From positions 1 through 45,666 of the forward strand of contig NW_021834810.1 of the NCBI RefSeq assembly GCF_006345805.1: a stretch of 45,666 nt of DNA, written 5' to 3'. Positions 25,911-39,030 of this stretch are shown in pieces. Made by a program: the position numbers and the translations under genes. The notes beneath the pieces are model-generated. The model was not told where the DNA came from and did no database searches. It worked only from the letters and a program-made list of their open reading frames with translations. Source of the stretch: Octopus sinensis. Its lineage: Eukaryota. The stretch's first letter is position 1. Each line of letters opens with the position of its first letter.

Positions 25911-26509
25911 TGTTTATATATAAAGAGTATTATTTGAGAAATTCACAGATGTTAAGGTTTTGGTAGAGTTGAAATGCCGTATAACACGTTTAAGAGGTAA
26001 GACTACTTTCTGCAGTTTGTCTTCGTTTGCTTTCCTGCTATCCTGTCGTCCTTTCAAAATATTACTTTTGATGACTTTTTCTGTGTCAAGGCATTACAGT
26101 TGTTTCAAAGGAAGGCTCAACATAGACTGCTGCTGAGGAATTAGCCTTCCCCAAAAAAATGCGTTGACAATTACAGAGAAACGGAATGAGAAAACACTGC
26201 GCAAAAATATTGCAAAACAGAGCGCACAATTTGAGTAAGAAATAATGATGTCTCTGTGGGTTTTAATAAGAAAGCAATTTAACGACTCGCTTAACAATAA
26301 CCACAACAACGGCAACAACAACATCTACAACAAAAACAACAATACATGGTTTTTCACACACAACTTTTCAAATGAAGATTTTAAAAAGGAATTTTTTTTT
26401 TTTTTTAAAAGAGAGATCTAGACAAGGTTTTGGTGAGAAAAACTAATTTGGTAGCAATTGTCTCAAATAACAGTATTTAATTATATAAAGAATTTGCCTA
26501 AAAGGAAAG

Positions 26510-26940
26510 CCGGCGACCTGGCAGAAACGTTAGCATGCCGGGCGAAATGCGTAGCCGTATTTCGTCTGCCGCTACGTTCTGAGCTCAAATTCCACCGAGG
26601 TCGACTTTACCTTTCGTCCTTTCGGGGTCGATCAAATAAGTACCAGTTACGCACTGGGGTCGATGTTAATCGACTTAATCCCTTTTTCTGTCCTTGTTCA
26701 TCCCCTCTATGTTTAGCCCCCTGTGGGCAATAAAGAAATAAGAAATGTTAGCACACCGAGTGAAATGCTTAGTGATATTTCACCTGTCTTTACGTTCTGG
26801 TTTCAAATTCCGCCGAGGTCGACTCTGCCTTAAATCCTTTCGGGGTCGATAAATTAAGTACCAGTAACGTGTTGAGGTCGATCTAATCGACTAGCCCCCT
26901 CCCCAAAAATTTCGAGCCTTGTGCCTAGAGTAGAAAAGAA
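26510..26940 (+). mobile_element. SINE family C, internally dimeric
   Basis: Two copies of the GTTCTG...CAAATTCC...GGGGTCGAT core. Confidence 0.85.
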
Positions 26941-27276
26941 TTTGTCTAAAAGGAGACAAGGAGAAACTTGATGCACGTCTGTTCGATGAAGAGAAGGAAA
27001 ATTTTGTATGCTCTTTAAGGACGAATTGAAGAAGCCCTGGGCTACGCAGGGCGCTTTGTAGTGTTTGAATGGTTTTCGAGACTCAACCATGGGTTGTACC
27101 GCAGTAACTGAGTCAGTGTACCACAGTAATTGAGTCAGTGCAACGCAAAGATTAGCAACGACATTGACTTCGGCTTCGTAGCCTGCGCTCTTCAACAGAA
27201 AGGCTTCAGGGGTAAAAAGAAACAGAGAGTGAAAAAAATGTGAAAAAAATATTTATATTATATTATATTATAAATG

Positions 27277-27332
<56 letters not shown>

Positions 27333-27630
27333 GCAGTGATGATGTGGGACAAAGACCGCCGGGGAGAACTTGCCCATGAATCTCGCGAACTTTACCCACC
27401 CTTGATAGATACGTGTGTACATGTGTGTGTCTGTGTGTGTGTGTGTATGTGTATATGTGTATGTGTGTATGTGTATGTGTGTGTATGTGTGTATGTGTGT
27501 GTGTGTATGTGTGTGTGTGTGTGTTGCTCGTGCTGCATGACATATTTTTATAAGCCTTGTTTTTGTATGACATCTTTGGTATTGTAAGTATGAGCATTCG
27601 TGGCACATAAGATACTATTATTATTATTAT

Positions 27631-27671
<41 letters not shown>

Positions 27672-27683
27672 TCATTATTATTA

Positions 27684-28240
27684 TTGAGTGAGTGAGCAGT
27701 GCCTGCCATCAAAGGGACACTGGGGTAAAATATACGAAGCCCAGTATACCCATCATGACTACCCGTCTGATAAGGTACCCAGGCATACATCACAACCATA
27801 TGTGCGTGACATGGTGATCTCATATCAAGATAAACAGCGCATGACCTTACAGGTGGGGGCCCAGTTAGAATTTTCTTCAGGTTGAGTAGCCCATCCCGCT
27901 CAAAAGGTCCCCGAATAAGGGTTGTTTAAGGATGTTGAACGAAGCACCCATATTTCCAAAGGTGAATTATCTAAATCCCAAATAATCCCTCTCAACACAC
28001 GGCTATGATGCTCCCCCACTACTTCTGCTCGTGATCAGAGATGCACATATCGTCAGCCACTAAGGGACATGCTCAACTGGTTAAGGTCAAACAACTGACA
28101 AGCAAATCTGTGGTATTGAGCAGAATATTTGCTGTAGCCCATCTTTTATACCAAGACAAAACAATGTACATGATAACACTTCCAATCAGTTAAGATCAGA
28201 AGCCATGAGAGCCACTGCCTGGTACTGCATCAGGGCATTT
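27684..28240. mobile_element. ~560-bp non-coding dispersed repeat in (TAA)n, copy 2 (complete)
   Basis: Matches 3601-4165; (ATT)n directly on both sides. Confidence 0.85.
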
Positions 28241-28261
28241 ATTATTATTATTATTATTATA

Positions 28262-28303
<42 letters not shown>

Positions 28304-28366
28304 TATACTATATTATTATTATTATCATCATCATCTCATCATCATCATCATCACATCATCATTATA

Positions 28367-28421
<55 letters not shown>

Positions 28422-28877
28422 CGAGAGGTTGCGCCATTTTAACAACTCTGTATTCTCTTTACCTGCAACGTTGGCGTCGTTCTTCATCATCATAAAATAT
28501 CTGTTTGTGTGTTTGTATTCCAGTTGGTGCGTGTGTGCGTGTATGTTAGTGTATGCGTGGGTGTGTGTATATGTGTGTGTGTGTATGTGTGTGTATGTGT
28601 GTAGGCAATTCGACCCGATGGAGCAATGTCTGCAAATGTTATCTTCTCCGTGTGCCATTTTTCTCTTTTAACCACCACCACCACCCTCTTACCTTGTCCC
28701 CACCCCCACTCACCCATGTTATGCTCCCACCTTCGCCACCTTCCGCCCACATTTTCCCTCCAAACCATCGTGCTTCGCGCCATGATTTCCGGCCCGTGAG
28801 TATTCTCTTATCACGTGGTCATTATTCTTTGGCACGGCCATTGTTTTCACATCGGCTGCTTAGAAAGGGAGATCAAG

Positions 28878-29158
28878 CTATGTATGTATGTATGTTTGTA
28901 TGCATGTATGTATGTATGATGTATGTATGTATGTATGATGTATGTATGTATGTATGTATGTATGTATGTATGATGTATGTATGTATGTATGTATGTATGT
29001 ATGTATGTATGTATTATGTATGCATGTTTGTATGCATGTATGTATGTATGATGTATGTATGTATGTATGATGTATGTATTATGTATGCTGTTGTATGTAT
29101 GTATGTATGTATGTGTGTGTATGTATGTATGTAGGATGTTTGTATGTATGTATGCTTG

Positions 29159-29190
<32 letters not shown>

Positions 29191-29800
29191 GTATGTATGT
29201 ATGTATGTATGTATGTATGTATGTATGTATGTATGTATGTATGTATGTATGCATGCATGTTGTATGTATGTATGTATGTATGTATGCATGTATGATGTAG
29301 TATGTATATACAGTATGTATGTATGTATGTATGTATGTATTATGTATGTAGTATGTATGATGTATGTATGTATGTATGTATGTATGATGTATGTATGTAT
29401 GTATGTATGTATGTATGTATGTATGTATGATGTATGTATGTATATGTAGTATGTATGTATGTATGTATGATGTATGGTATGTATGTATGTATGTATGTAT
29501 GATGTATGTATGTATGTATGTATGTATGTATGTATGTATGTTGATGTATGTATGTATGTATGTATGTATGTATGATGTATGTATGTATGTAGTTATGTAG
29601 TATGTATGTATGTATGTATGTATGTATGTATGTATGTATGTAGTATGTATGTATGATGTATGTATGTATGTATGTATGTATGAATGTATGTTGTATGTAT
29701 GTATGTATATGTATGTATGTATGTAGTATGTACGTATGTATGTATGTATGTATGCATGTATGCATGCATGTATGTATGTTTGTATGTATGTTTATATGTG
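28878..29800. repeat. ~0.9-kb degenerate (ATGT)n array
   Basis: Direct reading. Confidence 0.95.
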
Positions 29801-31002
29801 TGCATGTCTGTATGTATATATGTATGTATGTTTACATGTATATATATATATGTTTGTATGCAGGTTGTGTATGTATGTTTATATGTATGTACAGTCTCTA
29901 TGAATGTATGTATGCATCTATCTATCTATGTATATGCATATATCTATAAATGTATTTGCTACATGTATATTTATGTATGTGAGTATGTGTATATACATGT
30001 AATCATGGATGTCTATATATGCACGTGTGTATAGTTGCACGTGTGTATACATTTATGCATGTGTACGTTTGTGTATATAGGAGATGGGGAATGGCGTAGC
30101 TAGAGAAGCAGCTTTTGTATCAACAGACGTGATGGGATGCGGTGTGAGGTAAACTGAGAGGGGTTAAAGAGATGAGAGAGAGAGAAGAGGAAGAAGGAAG
30201 AGAGACAGACAAACAGACAGACAGAGCCAGAGAGTTTTGGTTGGGAGTGGAAGGAAATTGTGAGATGGTTAGATGGACGGATAGTTGGGTGAATGGATAG
30301 ATATTGGAACGGAACCATAAGCATTTCGGTGCGGAGAAGAGGGTGTAGTGATACGTAAATAGCAGGGACACTATGAGAAAACACGGTGTATGCGAGAGGA
30401 AAGAGATGGGATGAAGACGAAGAGGAATGTGAAAGTGAAAGTGAAACTGGGAAAGATAAGGAAGAAGAATAAAAGCGACATTTGTAAATCGAAAGATTAA
30501 TTTGGTGACGGCGAAAGTGTGAGGGAAGAATAATAAATTAGCGGGAAAATGAAAATAAGAAAATAAATAGAGAAAAAGAAATATAAAAGTAAGGAATGGT
30601 GAGAGAAGGAAATGAATAGCAGTTAAGGAATGAAGAAAGAATAGCAGAAACAAAATGAAGAATAATTAATGGAAACACGAGCAAACTAAGAGAAAAGAGT
30701 TACTTAATAAAGATAGAAGAAAAAGTCGGCGTTGGAATGGCAAATGTATTCAGGATATCATTATTGTCCGAAGATGGACGGACAGTGGACATTCAGTTGG
30801 ATCCTCTTTTAATTACCTTTCGATATCATCCACTCTTCAAAATTGAACTTGTTCCCAGTTCAATCACCTCGTTCCCATTTTACCATCAAAACCCGACCAA
30901 CCCACCCCTCATTCACCAACATTCACTTATTCGCGCTCCCACCTGCCCGAACTCACCTTCGTCTTCATTCTTCTTCTTCTTCTTCTTCCTGCCACCCGCT
31001 AT

Positions 31003-31064
<62 letters not shown>

Positions 31065-31241
31065 CCCTCACTTCCCATTCTTCTCCTCATCCTTCTTCGC
31101 CTCAATTTCGCTTGTTTTCGCTCTCCGTTCTTGTCCAGCACCGTCTCTCCAACACGAACCACCGCTGTCGGCTCCGGCTCCGGTTCTGACTCCTTCCTTT
31201 TAACCCCCGCTCCTCCACCCAGATGCACGACAATACAGCTA

Positions 31242-31275
<34 letters not shown>

Positions 31276-32019
31276 CCACCACTACCACCACCACCACCAC
31301 CACCATCACCGCCACCCCATTACCACCGTCACCATTACCATCATACTCAACAACACCACCACCTGCAACATCATCATCACCACCATACTTCCTACCACCG
31401 CAACCCACCACCACCATCTGCAACAGCATCATCATCACCATCACACTAACCACCATACCAACTCCCACCACCACCACTACCAATACCATGATCCAAACAC
31501 ATTAGTACGACCGCTCCAGTTCAGAATGAATTTCCTCCGCACCAACCACCCCCCGATCCACTTCTCTGTTAACAAACGGACATTCCATTCCAATCTTCGG
31601 TGAGAGTGTAAAGGATATTCCTCTGTGATTCGAGGGCTTTCATGCATCATTGGTTCGTCTGGCTCACTCATTCGCCAAGTCAAGCAACTAATAGCGGCGA
31701 CGCCAGCTCTACGATCGCTGCTCTAACAACGTCGCCAGAGTTTTTGTAAGACGATGGGGGTTGCACGTAGGGCCCTGTCCATGTGTGTGTGTGTGTGTGT
31801 GTGTTGTGGTGCTCATGTATACTTGGAGACATATGAGGATATTTTCTCTTTATGTTTGTTTGCATGATGTGCTTAAACCTGCACAAAATTTATGTGTATG
31901 CGCACACATTCACACAGACACACAGACACGAACACAAAAAAAAAACATACCCGAAAGTAGATGTAAAAATGATTTCCAATTATGGCACAGGATGGTGCTG
32001 ACACAGTTGTTGAGAGGAG

Positions 32020-32370
32020 GGAGAAGTTGATTACATTGATCCCCCAGTACTTCACTTTATCTACCTCGCTAAAAAGAAAAAGATCAGCGGCAAAGCTGAC
32101 CTCGGCGGAATTTGAACTCAGAACGTAGCGGCAGACGAAATACCTATTTCTTTACTACCCACAAGGGGTTCAACACAGAGAGGACAAACAAGGACAGACA
32201 AACGAATCGAGTCGATTATATCGACCCCAGTGCGTAACTGGTACTTATTTAATCGACCCCGAAAGGATGAAAAGCAAAGTCGACCTCGACGGAATTTGAA
32301 CTCAGCGGTAGACGAAATACTGCTAAGCATTTCGCCCGGTGTGCTAACGTTTCTGCCAGCCCGCCGCCTT
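32020..32370 (-). mobile_element. SINE family C, internally dimeric
   Basis: Reverse-complement head and repeated core. Confidence 0.85.
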
Positions 32371-32714
32371 AGTAAACGTAACAATAAAGTGCCACACATA
32401 ACGAAGACATCAGATTTCTACAGGCAGACTCAGCGATCAGGTTTCAATTTCAGGTTTTCGAAATTTTAATTATATATAGAGAGAGGGGGAGGGAGAGAGA
32501 GAATGAACAGACACACACGCATTTTATATAAATGCAAATATATATGAGTATATATATATGCATGCAAGTATGTATTATACGTATATGTGTGTGTGTGTGT
32601 GTGTGTGGTGGTGTGTGGGGTGTGTGCGTGTGTAGGTATGTATGTATTTTTGTATGTATATATAAACATACACACCTACATATATGTATATATATATATA
32701 TATATATATTATAT

Positions 32715-32755
<41 letters not shown>

Positions 32756-32761
32756 TATGTT

Positions 32762-32988
32762 ATCAGCGCCGCCTGACTGGCGTCGGTGTCGGTGACACGT
32801 AAAAGCACCAACCGATCGTGGACGTTGCCAGCCTCCTCTGGCCCCTGTGGTTGGCGTTAGGAAGGGCATCCAGCTGTAGAAACACTGTCAAACCAGACTG
32901 GAGCCTGGTGCAGCCTCCATGGCGTACCAGACCCCGGTTGAACCATCCAACCCATGCTAGCATGGAAAACGGACGTTAAATGATGATG

Positions 32989-32990
<2 letters not shown>
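32762..32990 (+). mobile_element. 3' part of another SINE-like element ending in (GAT)n, inside (TA)n
   Basis: GC-rich island with GGTTGGCGTTAGGAAGGGCATCCAGCTGTAGAAAC and a GGACGTTAAATGATGATGAT tail; single copy in the window. Confidence 0.6.
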
Positions 32991-33080
<90 letters not shown>

Positions 33081-33107
33081 TATTTATTTATTTATATATA
33101 TATTTCT

Positions 33108-33334
33108 TTTATATTCTTTTTTATTCTTTAACTTGTTTCAGTATCAGTCATTTGACTGCGGCCATGCTGGAGCACCGCTTTTAGTCGATCAAATCGACCC
33201 CGGGACTTATTCTTTGTAAGCCCAGTACTAATTCTATCGGTCTCTTTTGCCGAACTGCTAAGTTACGGGGTCGTAAACACACCAGCATCGGTTGTCAAGC
33301 AATGCTAGGGGGACAAACACAGACACACAAACCT

Positions 33335-33377
<43 letters not shown>

Positions 33378-33552
33378 ATACAATATATACGACGGGCTTC
33401 TTTCAGTTTCCGTCTACCAAATCCACTCACAAGGCATTGGTCGGCCCGGGGCTATAGCAGAAGACAGTTGCCCAAGATGCCACGCAGTGGGACTGAACCC
33501 GGAACCATGTGCTTGGTAAGCAAGCTACTTACCACACAGCCACTCCTGCGCC
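33108..33552 (-). mobile_element. SINE family A, full length
   Basis: Same as the other copies. Confidence 0.9.
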
Positions 33553-33556
33553 ACTC

Positions 33557-33619
<63 letters not shown>

Positions 33620-33875
33620 TCTACATACATAAATATCTAAATGTACAGATGTTCATTTATTTATTTCTGTGTTTCTCTGTAACTATTTATTTCTCACAGT
33701 AATAACGTTACTGTTATTTTTTTATTCTTCAGGTAAATGGTTTCTCTGAGCAATCAAACCACGGTGATACCACATTAAAATCTTTCAAATTCTTTTCATG
33801 ACTATTCGTGTACAATAATCAATATCGACTTATTGCCTCTGTCAGCTATATTTCAGCAATTACAGAGAAGTTTAT

Positions 33876-33917
33876 ACTTCGCTGATGAGGTCCAGTAAGA
33901 CAAAACATGTCTGGAGT
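33876..33917 (+). ncRNA. Minimal hammerhead motif with G12A inactivating change
   Basis: ACTTCG-CTGATGA-G-GTC-cagtaa-GAC-AAAA-CATG-TC-TGGAGT; ACATGT palindromic stem III. Confidence 0.65.
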
Positions 33918-34034
33918 TGTCTGACGCACTTGTCAAAACAAAATTATTTTCTTTGAACCAATATCGTTCATTTTGTCTTTCCTTCATCATATTCATGCTT
34001 CTAGTTTTCATACTCTCTATATTCATATCGAGTA

Positions 34035-34547
34035 CTTTTTTTAAATTCCAGTCATTAGACTGCGGCGGTGCTGGAGCAACGTTTTAAACGCTTTAATCGA
34101 GCAAAACGACCCGTGTACTTATTCTTAAGTCTGTACTTAATCGGTTTCTTTTGTCAAACCGCTAGGTTTCAAGGACGTAAACTAACACCTGTTGTCAAAG
34201 CAGTGGGGACCTAAACACAAACACAAAGACACATTCACAACTGCACATATATGCATGCATATATATACATACATACATATATATATATAATATATAAATA
34301 TATATATATATATAATATATATATAATATATATATATATCACCACACCACACCACACACACATATACATACATGTGGAGGCGCAATGGCCCAGTGGTCAG
34401 GGCAGCGGACTCGCGGCGGTCGTAGGATTGCGGTTTCGATTCCCAGACCGGGCGTTGTGAGTGTTTTATTTGAGCTCCACGAGGCTCCCGCAGGGGAGAA
34501 CGGTCCCTGCTGTACTCTTTCGCTACATATTATCATACCAAATATAC

Positions 34548-34631
<84 letters not shown>

Positions 34632-34903
34632 ATATATAACATATATATATTAAAATATGCGTACATATATATATATATATATATACGCATATATGTATAT
34701 ACATATGCGTATATATATAAATATACGAGGGGATTCCACACAGTTTCCATCTACCAAATTTACTCACAAACCATTGGTAGGCCCGGGTCTATACTAGAAG
34801 ACAATTGCCCAAGTCACACAAGCTGCCCAAGCTGCCACGCAGTGGGAACGAACCCTCAAACCAGGCGGTTGCAAAGCGAGTTTATTAACCACAAAGCCAT
34901 ACC
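34035..34903 (-). mobile_element. Old SINE family A copy interrupted by a SINE B 5' fragment (34376-34522, +)
   Basis: Family A 3' half at 34035-34250 and 5' half at 34725-34903, with an expanded central (TA)n holding the family B head. Confidence 0.75.
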
Positions 34904-35044
34904 TAAGTTGGCGTCTCACAGTAATTTATTCATTTATTCATAAACTACAAAGATATTCTTTTAAAGTGTCCTGATCGAATAGAAGGAAGTGTCACCATTA
35001 TTAAACATTATATAAGATTATACAAGATTATATACATTATACAA

Positions 35045-35848
35045 GGCGGCGAGCTGGCAGAACGTTAGCACGCCGGGCGAAATGCGTAGCAGTATTTCGT
35101 CTGCCGCTACGTTCTGAGTTCAAATTCCGCCGAGGTCGACTTTGCCTTTCATCATTTCAGGGTCGATAAATTAAGTACCAGTTATGCACTGGGGTCGATA
35201 TAATCGACTTAATCCGTTTGTCTGTCCTTGTTTGTCCCCTCTATGTTTAGCCCTTGTGGGTAATAAAGAAACAGGTATTTCGTTTGTCTTTACGTTCTGA
35301 GTTCAAATTCCGTCGAGGTCGACTTTGCCTTTCATCCTTTCTGGGTCGATAAATAAGTACCAGTTACGTACTGGTGTCGATCTAATCGACCGGCTCCCTT
35401 CCCCAAACTTTCGAGACTTGTGCCTAGAATAGAAAAGATTCTACAAGATATTTAAGGCGGCGAGCTGGTAGAATCGTTAGTACGCCGGACGAAATGCTTA
35501 ATGGCATTTCGCCCGTCACAACGTTCTGAGTTCAAATTTCGCCGAGGTCGACTTTGCCTTTCATCCTTTCGGGGTCGATTAAATAAGTACCAGTTACGCA
35601 CTGGGGTCGATGTAATCGACTTAATACCTATGTCTGTCCTTGTTTGTCCTCTCTGTGTTTAGCCCCTTGTGGGTAATAAAGAAATAGGTATTTCACCCGT
35701 CACAACGTTCTGAGTTCAAATTCTGCCGAGGTCGACTTTGCCCTTCATCCTTTCGGGGTCGATTAAATAAGTACCAATTACGCACTGGGGTCGATATAAT
35801 CGACTTAATCCCTTCCCACAAGCTGCCCTTGTGGCAAAAATTTGAAAT
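35045..35848 (+). mobile_element. Two tandem dimeric SINE family C elements (35045-35437, 35456-35848)
   Basis: Two GGCGGCGAGCTGG heads, four core repeats, and an ATT(A/C)TACAAG target motif before, between and after. Confidence 0.9.
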
Positions 35849-36298
35849 CATTATACAAGATATTTTAAGATTTCATCGAATCAAAATTAATTCCAAGCGT
35901 TAAAATAAAACTCTACCTCTGCCTATGCTAGAATTCAAACCTCTTTGAATTCCTTTTGTGTTGCCTTAGAGATGGTAACGTGGAAGTATATCTTTTTTCA
36001 GAAACTTCGTACCTGAATAAGAGAAAAGATTTCCCTATGAGGGTCAAAGCATGCATCCATTGTTTGCAGGTTGTATAACCGGAAGTGAAATACACACTAA
36101 ACGTTTGAGCAGTAATGTATTTATAGGAAGTTAGTTATATGTCCAGCCATATGCCCAACCTATTAAACATCTATTAAGTCATAGAATGACCAATCTATTA
36201 AGCCTCCATAAAGCGCCAAGCCTTATAGACGGCTCGTCGGACGCAAATGGCCGCGGGCAAATAACCTCTTTTCAAAATGGAGGTAGAAAAACTTAAAT

Positions 36299-36664
36299 AG
36301 ATATATTATTGCCTGTTTCTACTTTTTCGAGATCAGTGACTTTTTGTCAATGGAAAAAGAATATCTATATTTGCACTGAGAACCATTCCCCATCGCCAAC
36401 CGGTGGGTGTCACATGCTGATGACGGGTAAATACCCAGAAACTCGGGTCCAAGTGTATCACGTCAGGCTGGAGATGGGAACGATTACTTCGTTTTGCAAA
36501 TACTGATAGGGCACAGATAGTGTGTCAATAGCCAGCTGGAGATGTCTTCCTGGGGCTACAAGCTACAGTAGCATCGACTCTTAAGGGTTAGCCATATTTA
36601 GGTGGCAAATATACTTCACGAAGTCGTGCAGCTACTGTTTATAACACGCTCAGATATTTATTAT
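36299..36664 (+). mobile_element. Retrozyme-like structured element, copy 2
   Basis: Diverged homologue of 17618-17979 with short terminal redundancy (AGATAT-TTATT-like; period ~353) and a core-intact hammerhead. Confidence 0.7.
36411..36455 (+). ncRNA. Type-I hammerhead ribozyme
   Basis: CACATG-CTGATGA-C-GGGT-aaat-ACCC-A-GAAA-CTCGGG-TC-CAAGTG. There is a C-A mismatch at the base of stem II; stem I extends further with bulges. Confidence 0.8.
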
Positions 36665-36864
36665 ATATTATTATATATATATATATATATTATATATATA
36701 TATATACATATTGCCCAGGCCTCAGGTGAGACGGGTTATTGCCCTTAGATCGGTTCCAGTATCAACTTTTTCATGGCCCTAACCAACGAATGGGGAATCC
36801 CACGGTTGTAGTAGATAGAGTATGAAGGTCATATAATTAGCTTCTTCTAAATATATATATATAT

Positions 36865-36885
36865 AAAGGTACAGGTAACACTCTA

Positions 36886-36921
<36 letters not shown>

Positions 36922-36995
36922 TGTGTATGTGTGTGTGTGTGTGTGTGTGGTGTGTGTGTGTACATGTATATATATTAGAGTGTTACCTGTCCTTT
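36865..36995. repeat. ~20-bp inverted repeats flanking a (TG)n tract
   Basis: AAAGG(T)ACAGGTAACACTCTA ... TAGAGTGTTACCTGTCCTTT. Confidence 0.8.
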
Positions 36996-38837
36996 GACGG
37001 GTAATGTTAGGAATATACTTTTGACACACAGGTAAAAATCAGGTGATGTTATTATCCAGGTAAACTAATTGAAATTTTTCTGTTTTCAAATATGGCACTT
37101 ACTCAGAACAATGAAATCAATATTAATTTTCAAAATGAAAATATTTATTAAGTTAAATTGAAATTGAATAAAATTAAACTTGTGATTTATATATTTGCAA
37201 TAACTATGTAATTAATAATAATAATTCTGTTTAAATATCAATTAATTACAGACTTAATTGATTAATTCCATATAAGGTAATATGACTGTTTTAGCGTGAC
37301 CAAGCAACCAATAATGAGTATCATTAGTACTGATTACTATTTGTTTCAGTGTGTGTGTGTGTGTGTGTCTGTGTGTGTGTGTGTGTGTGTGTGTTTGTGC
37401 GTATGCGTGTGTGTGTGTGTGGTGTGTGTGTCTGTGCCTGTGTCTGTGTCTGTATCTGTGTCTCTGTGTGTGTGTGTGTGTGTTTAATATACGCAATGCA
37501 CAAGTATAGCCAAATGGTGAAGAAGCGATTTTGTAAGCTGAGGGTCCCGAGTTCGTTCTCATTGTGGAACCTGGAATAAGACCCTTTTTTTTATCACAGC
37601 TGCGGATCTACTCGAGTGTTGCATTGAAATTGAAAATAAAGATCTATCGAGCTGATCCGGGTGTTGGACTGTACCCATAATTTAAAGGGCCAACCATATC
37701 ACACATCCTGTCACACCCGACGATTACCTTAAGGGCACATGAGTGTACAGAATACTCAGCTATTTATCCTCTAATTCTATGACAAAGCAGTTCAATTAAT
37801 GAAATAATTAGAACAGTTATTGTTGAAACTAACGAATACGTTGTTCTAGGTATTAAATGTTTATTTCATCAAAGAAATGGAAAACTAAACCGAATTAATT
37901 TCGAATCTTCCATATTTTCTAACAGTTACTGCAGATATATCACAATTCTTATTCTGACAATAAACTCTTCGTAAACATTAAACCTTTTCTTGTGTGTGGA
38001 GCAGTCGGTGCCGTTAGTTAAGACCGCATCCCTATATTGCGAACTCATTAATTCTTGTTGCCTTCAATCTGAAGATGACCGAAAGTTCAGCTTAACATTC
38101 TTCTCAAAGATCAGAACTGGAAGGGATTATATTCAAAACGATTTTTTGAAGACTATAAAATGTCTTCATCGAAATATTTGCCTTCGTGTCAAAAAACAAA
38201 AAAGGTTCTCAGAGACCAAGCAACCCAGGTTTTGTTTAATTTTTCTCCAGTTTTGATTTGCCACGAAGTAATTTTTTCCCCATTATCCTTTTTACTGTGG
38301 TAATTATTCAAACAGTTTATGAATTTAAATGTCTTTGTTAATTGCCAACCAATGGAAAAAGAAATAACTATTTCAATGAATCATAAAAGTTGCATTTGAT
38401 TTAATGCTCAAATATGTTGTTGGCAGGCCAAAAACACATTATTATTGGGTCATTAAAAGAAAAGTATGGGTATTAATAAAATCCTCGTAAAACAAAACTT
38501 TTATTTGATTTAATGCTGACTTTGGCCTGCGTGCAGAGAAACTGAAATACAGTGTAACGAATGCAGATAGTTTTTTCTCGAAGGTTACCACACTCAGAAA
38601 TATGAGAAGTTCTCGTTTTTCGTCCTTCTTTCTGCATATTTAGTTGTCTCTACACTTAGCGCACATTCGACCAAATATGTTGAAGGTAAAGGTAAGAGCA
38701 GCTTCTAAATGTCTGCAATTAATTGGTTCTGTTTAGCAACAACATGGGGATCAAACCATATGGAATATTGCTTTGAAGCAGGTTCGGTTTCACTCACACT
38801 GCCTTCACTAGCTTGTAAATAAGATCAGATTCTTAAT

Positions 38838-39030
38838 GCGGCAGAATTGTTAGCACGCCGGGTGAAATGCTTAGCGACATTCCGTCCGTCTCTGAGTTCA
38901 AATTACTCCGAGGTCGACTTTGCTTTTCATCTTTTGAGGTCGATAAAACAAGACCAGTTGAATACTAGGGCCGATGTAATCGACTTACCCCTCCTCCAAA
39001 CTTACTGGCCTCGTGCTGAAATTTGAAACC
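38838..39030 (+). mobile_element. Diverged SINE family C
   Basis: Head and core similarity. Confidence 0.75.

Noticed and set aside
28180-28240. HDV-like ribozyme at the end of the 560-bp element (minus strand)
   Set aside because: Partial P2/P3-like pairing only; I could not build a proper P1, P1.1 and catalytic J4/2.
522-31603. Long ORFs rich in YI, MYVC, HT, LS and poly-amino-acid runs
   Set aside because: They are translations of microsatellites, with no domain or codon signal.
38060-38095. CTGAAGA-TGACC-GAAA
   Set aside because: No stem II or stem I pairing.
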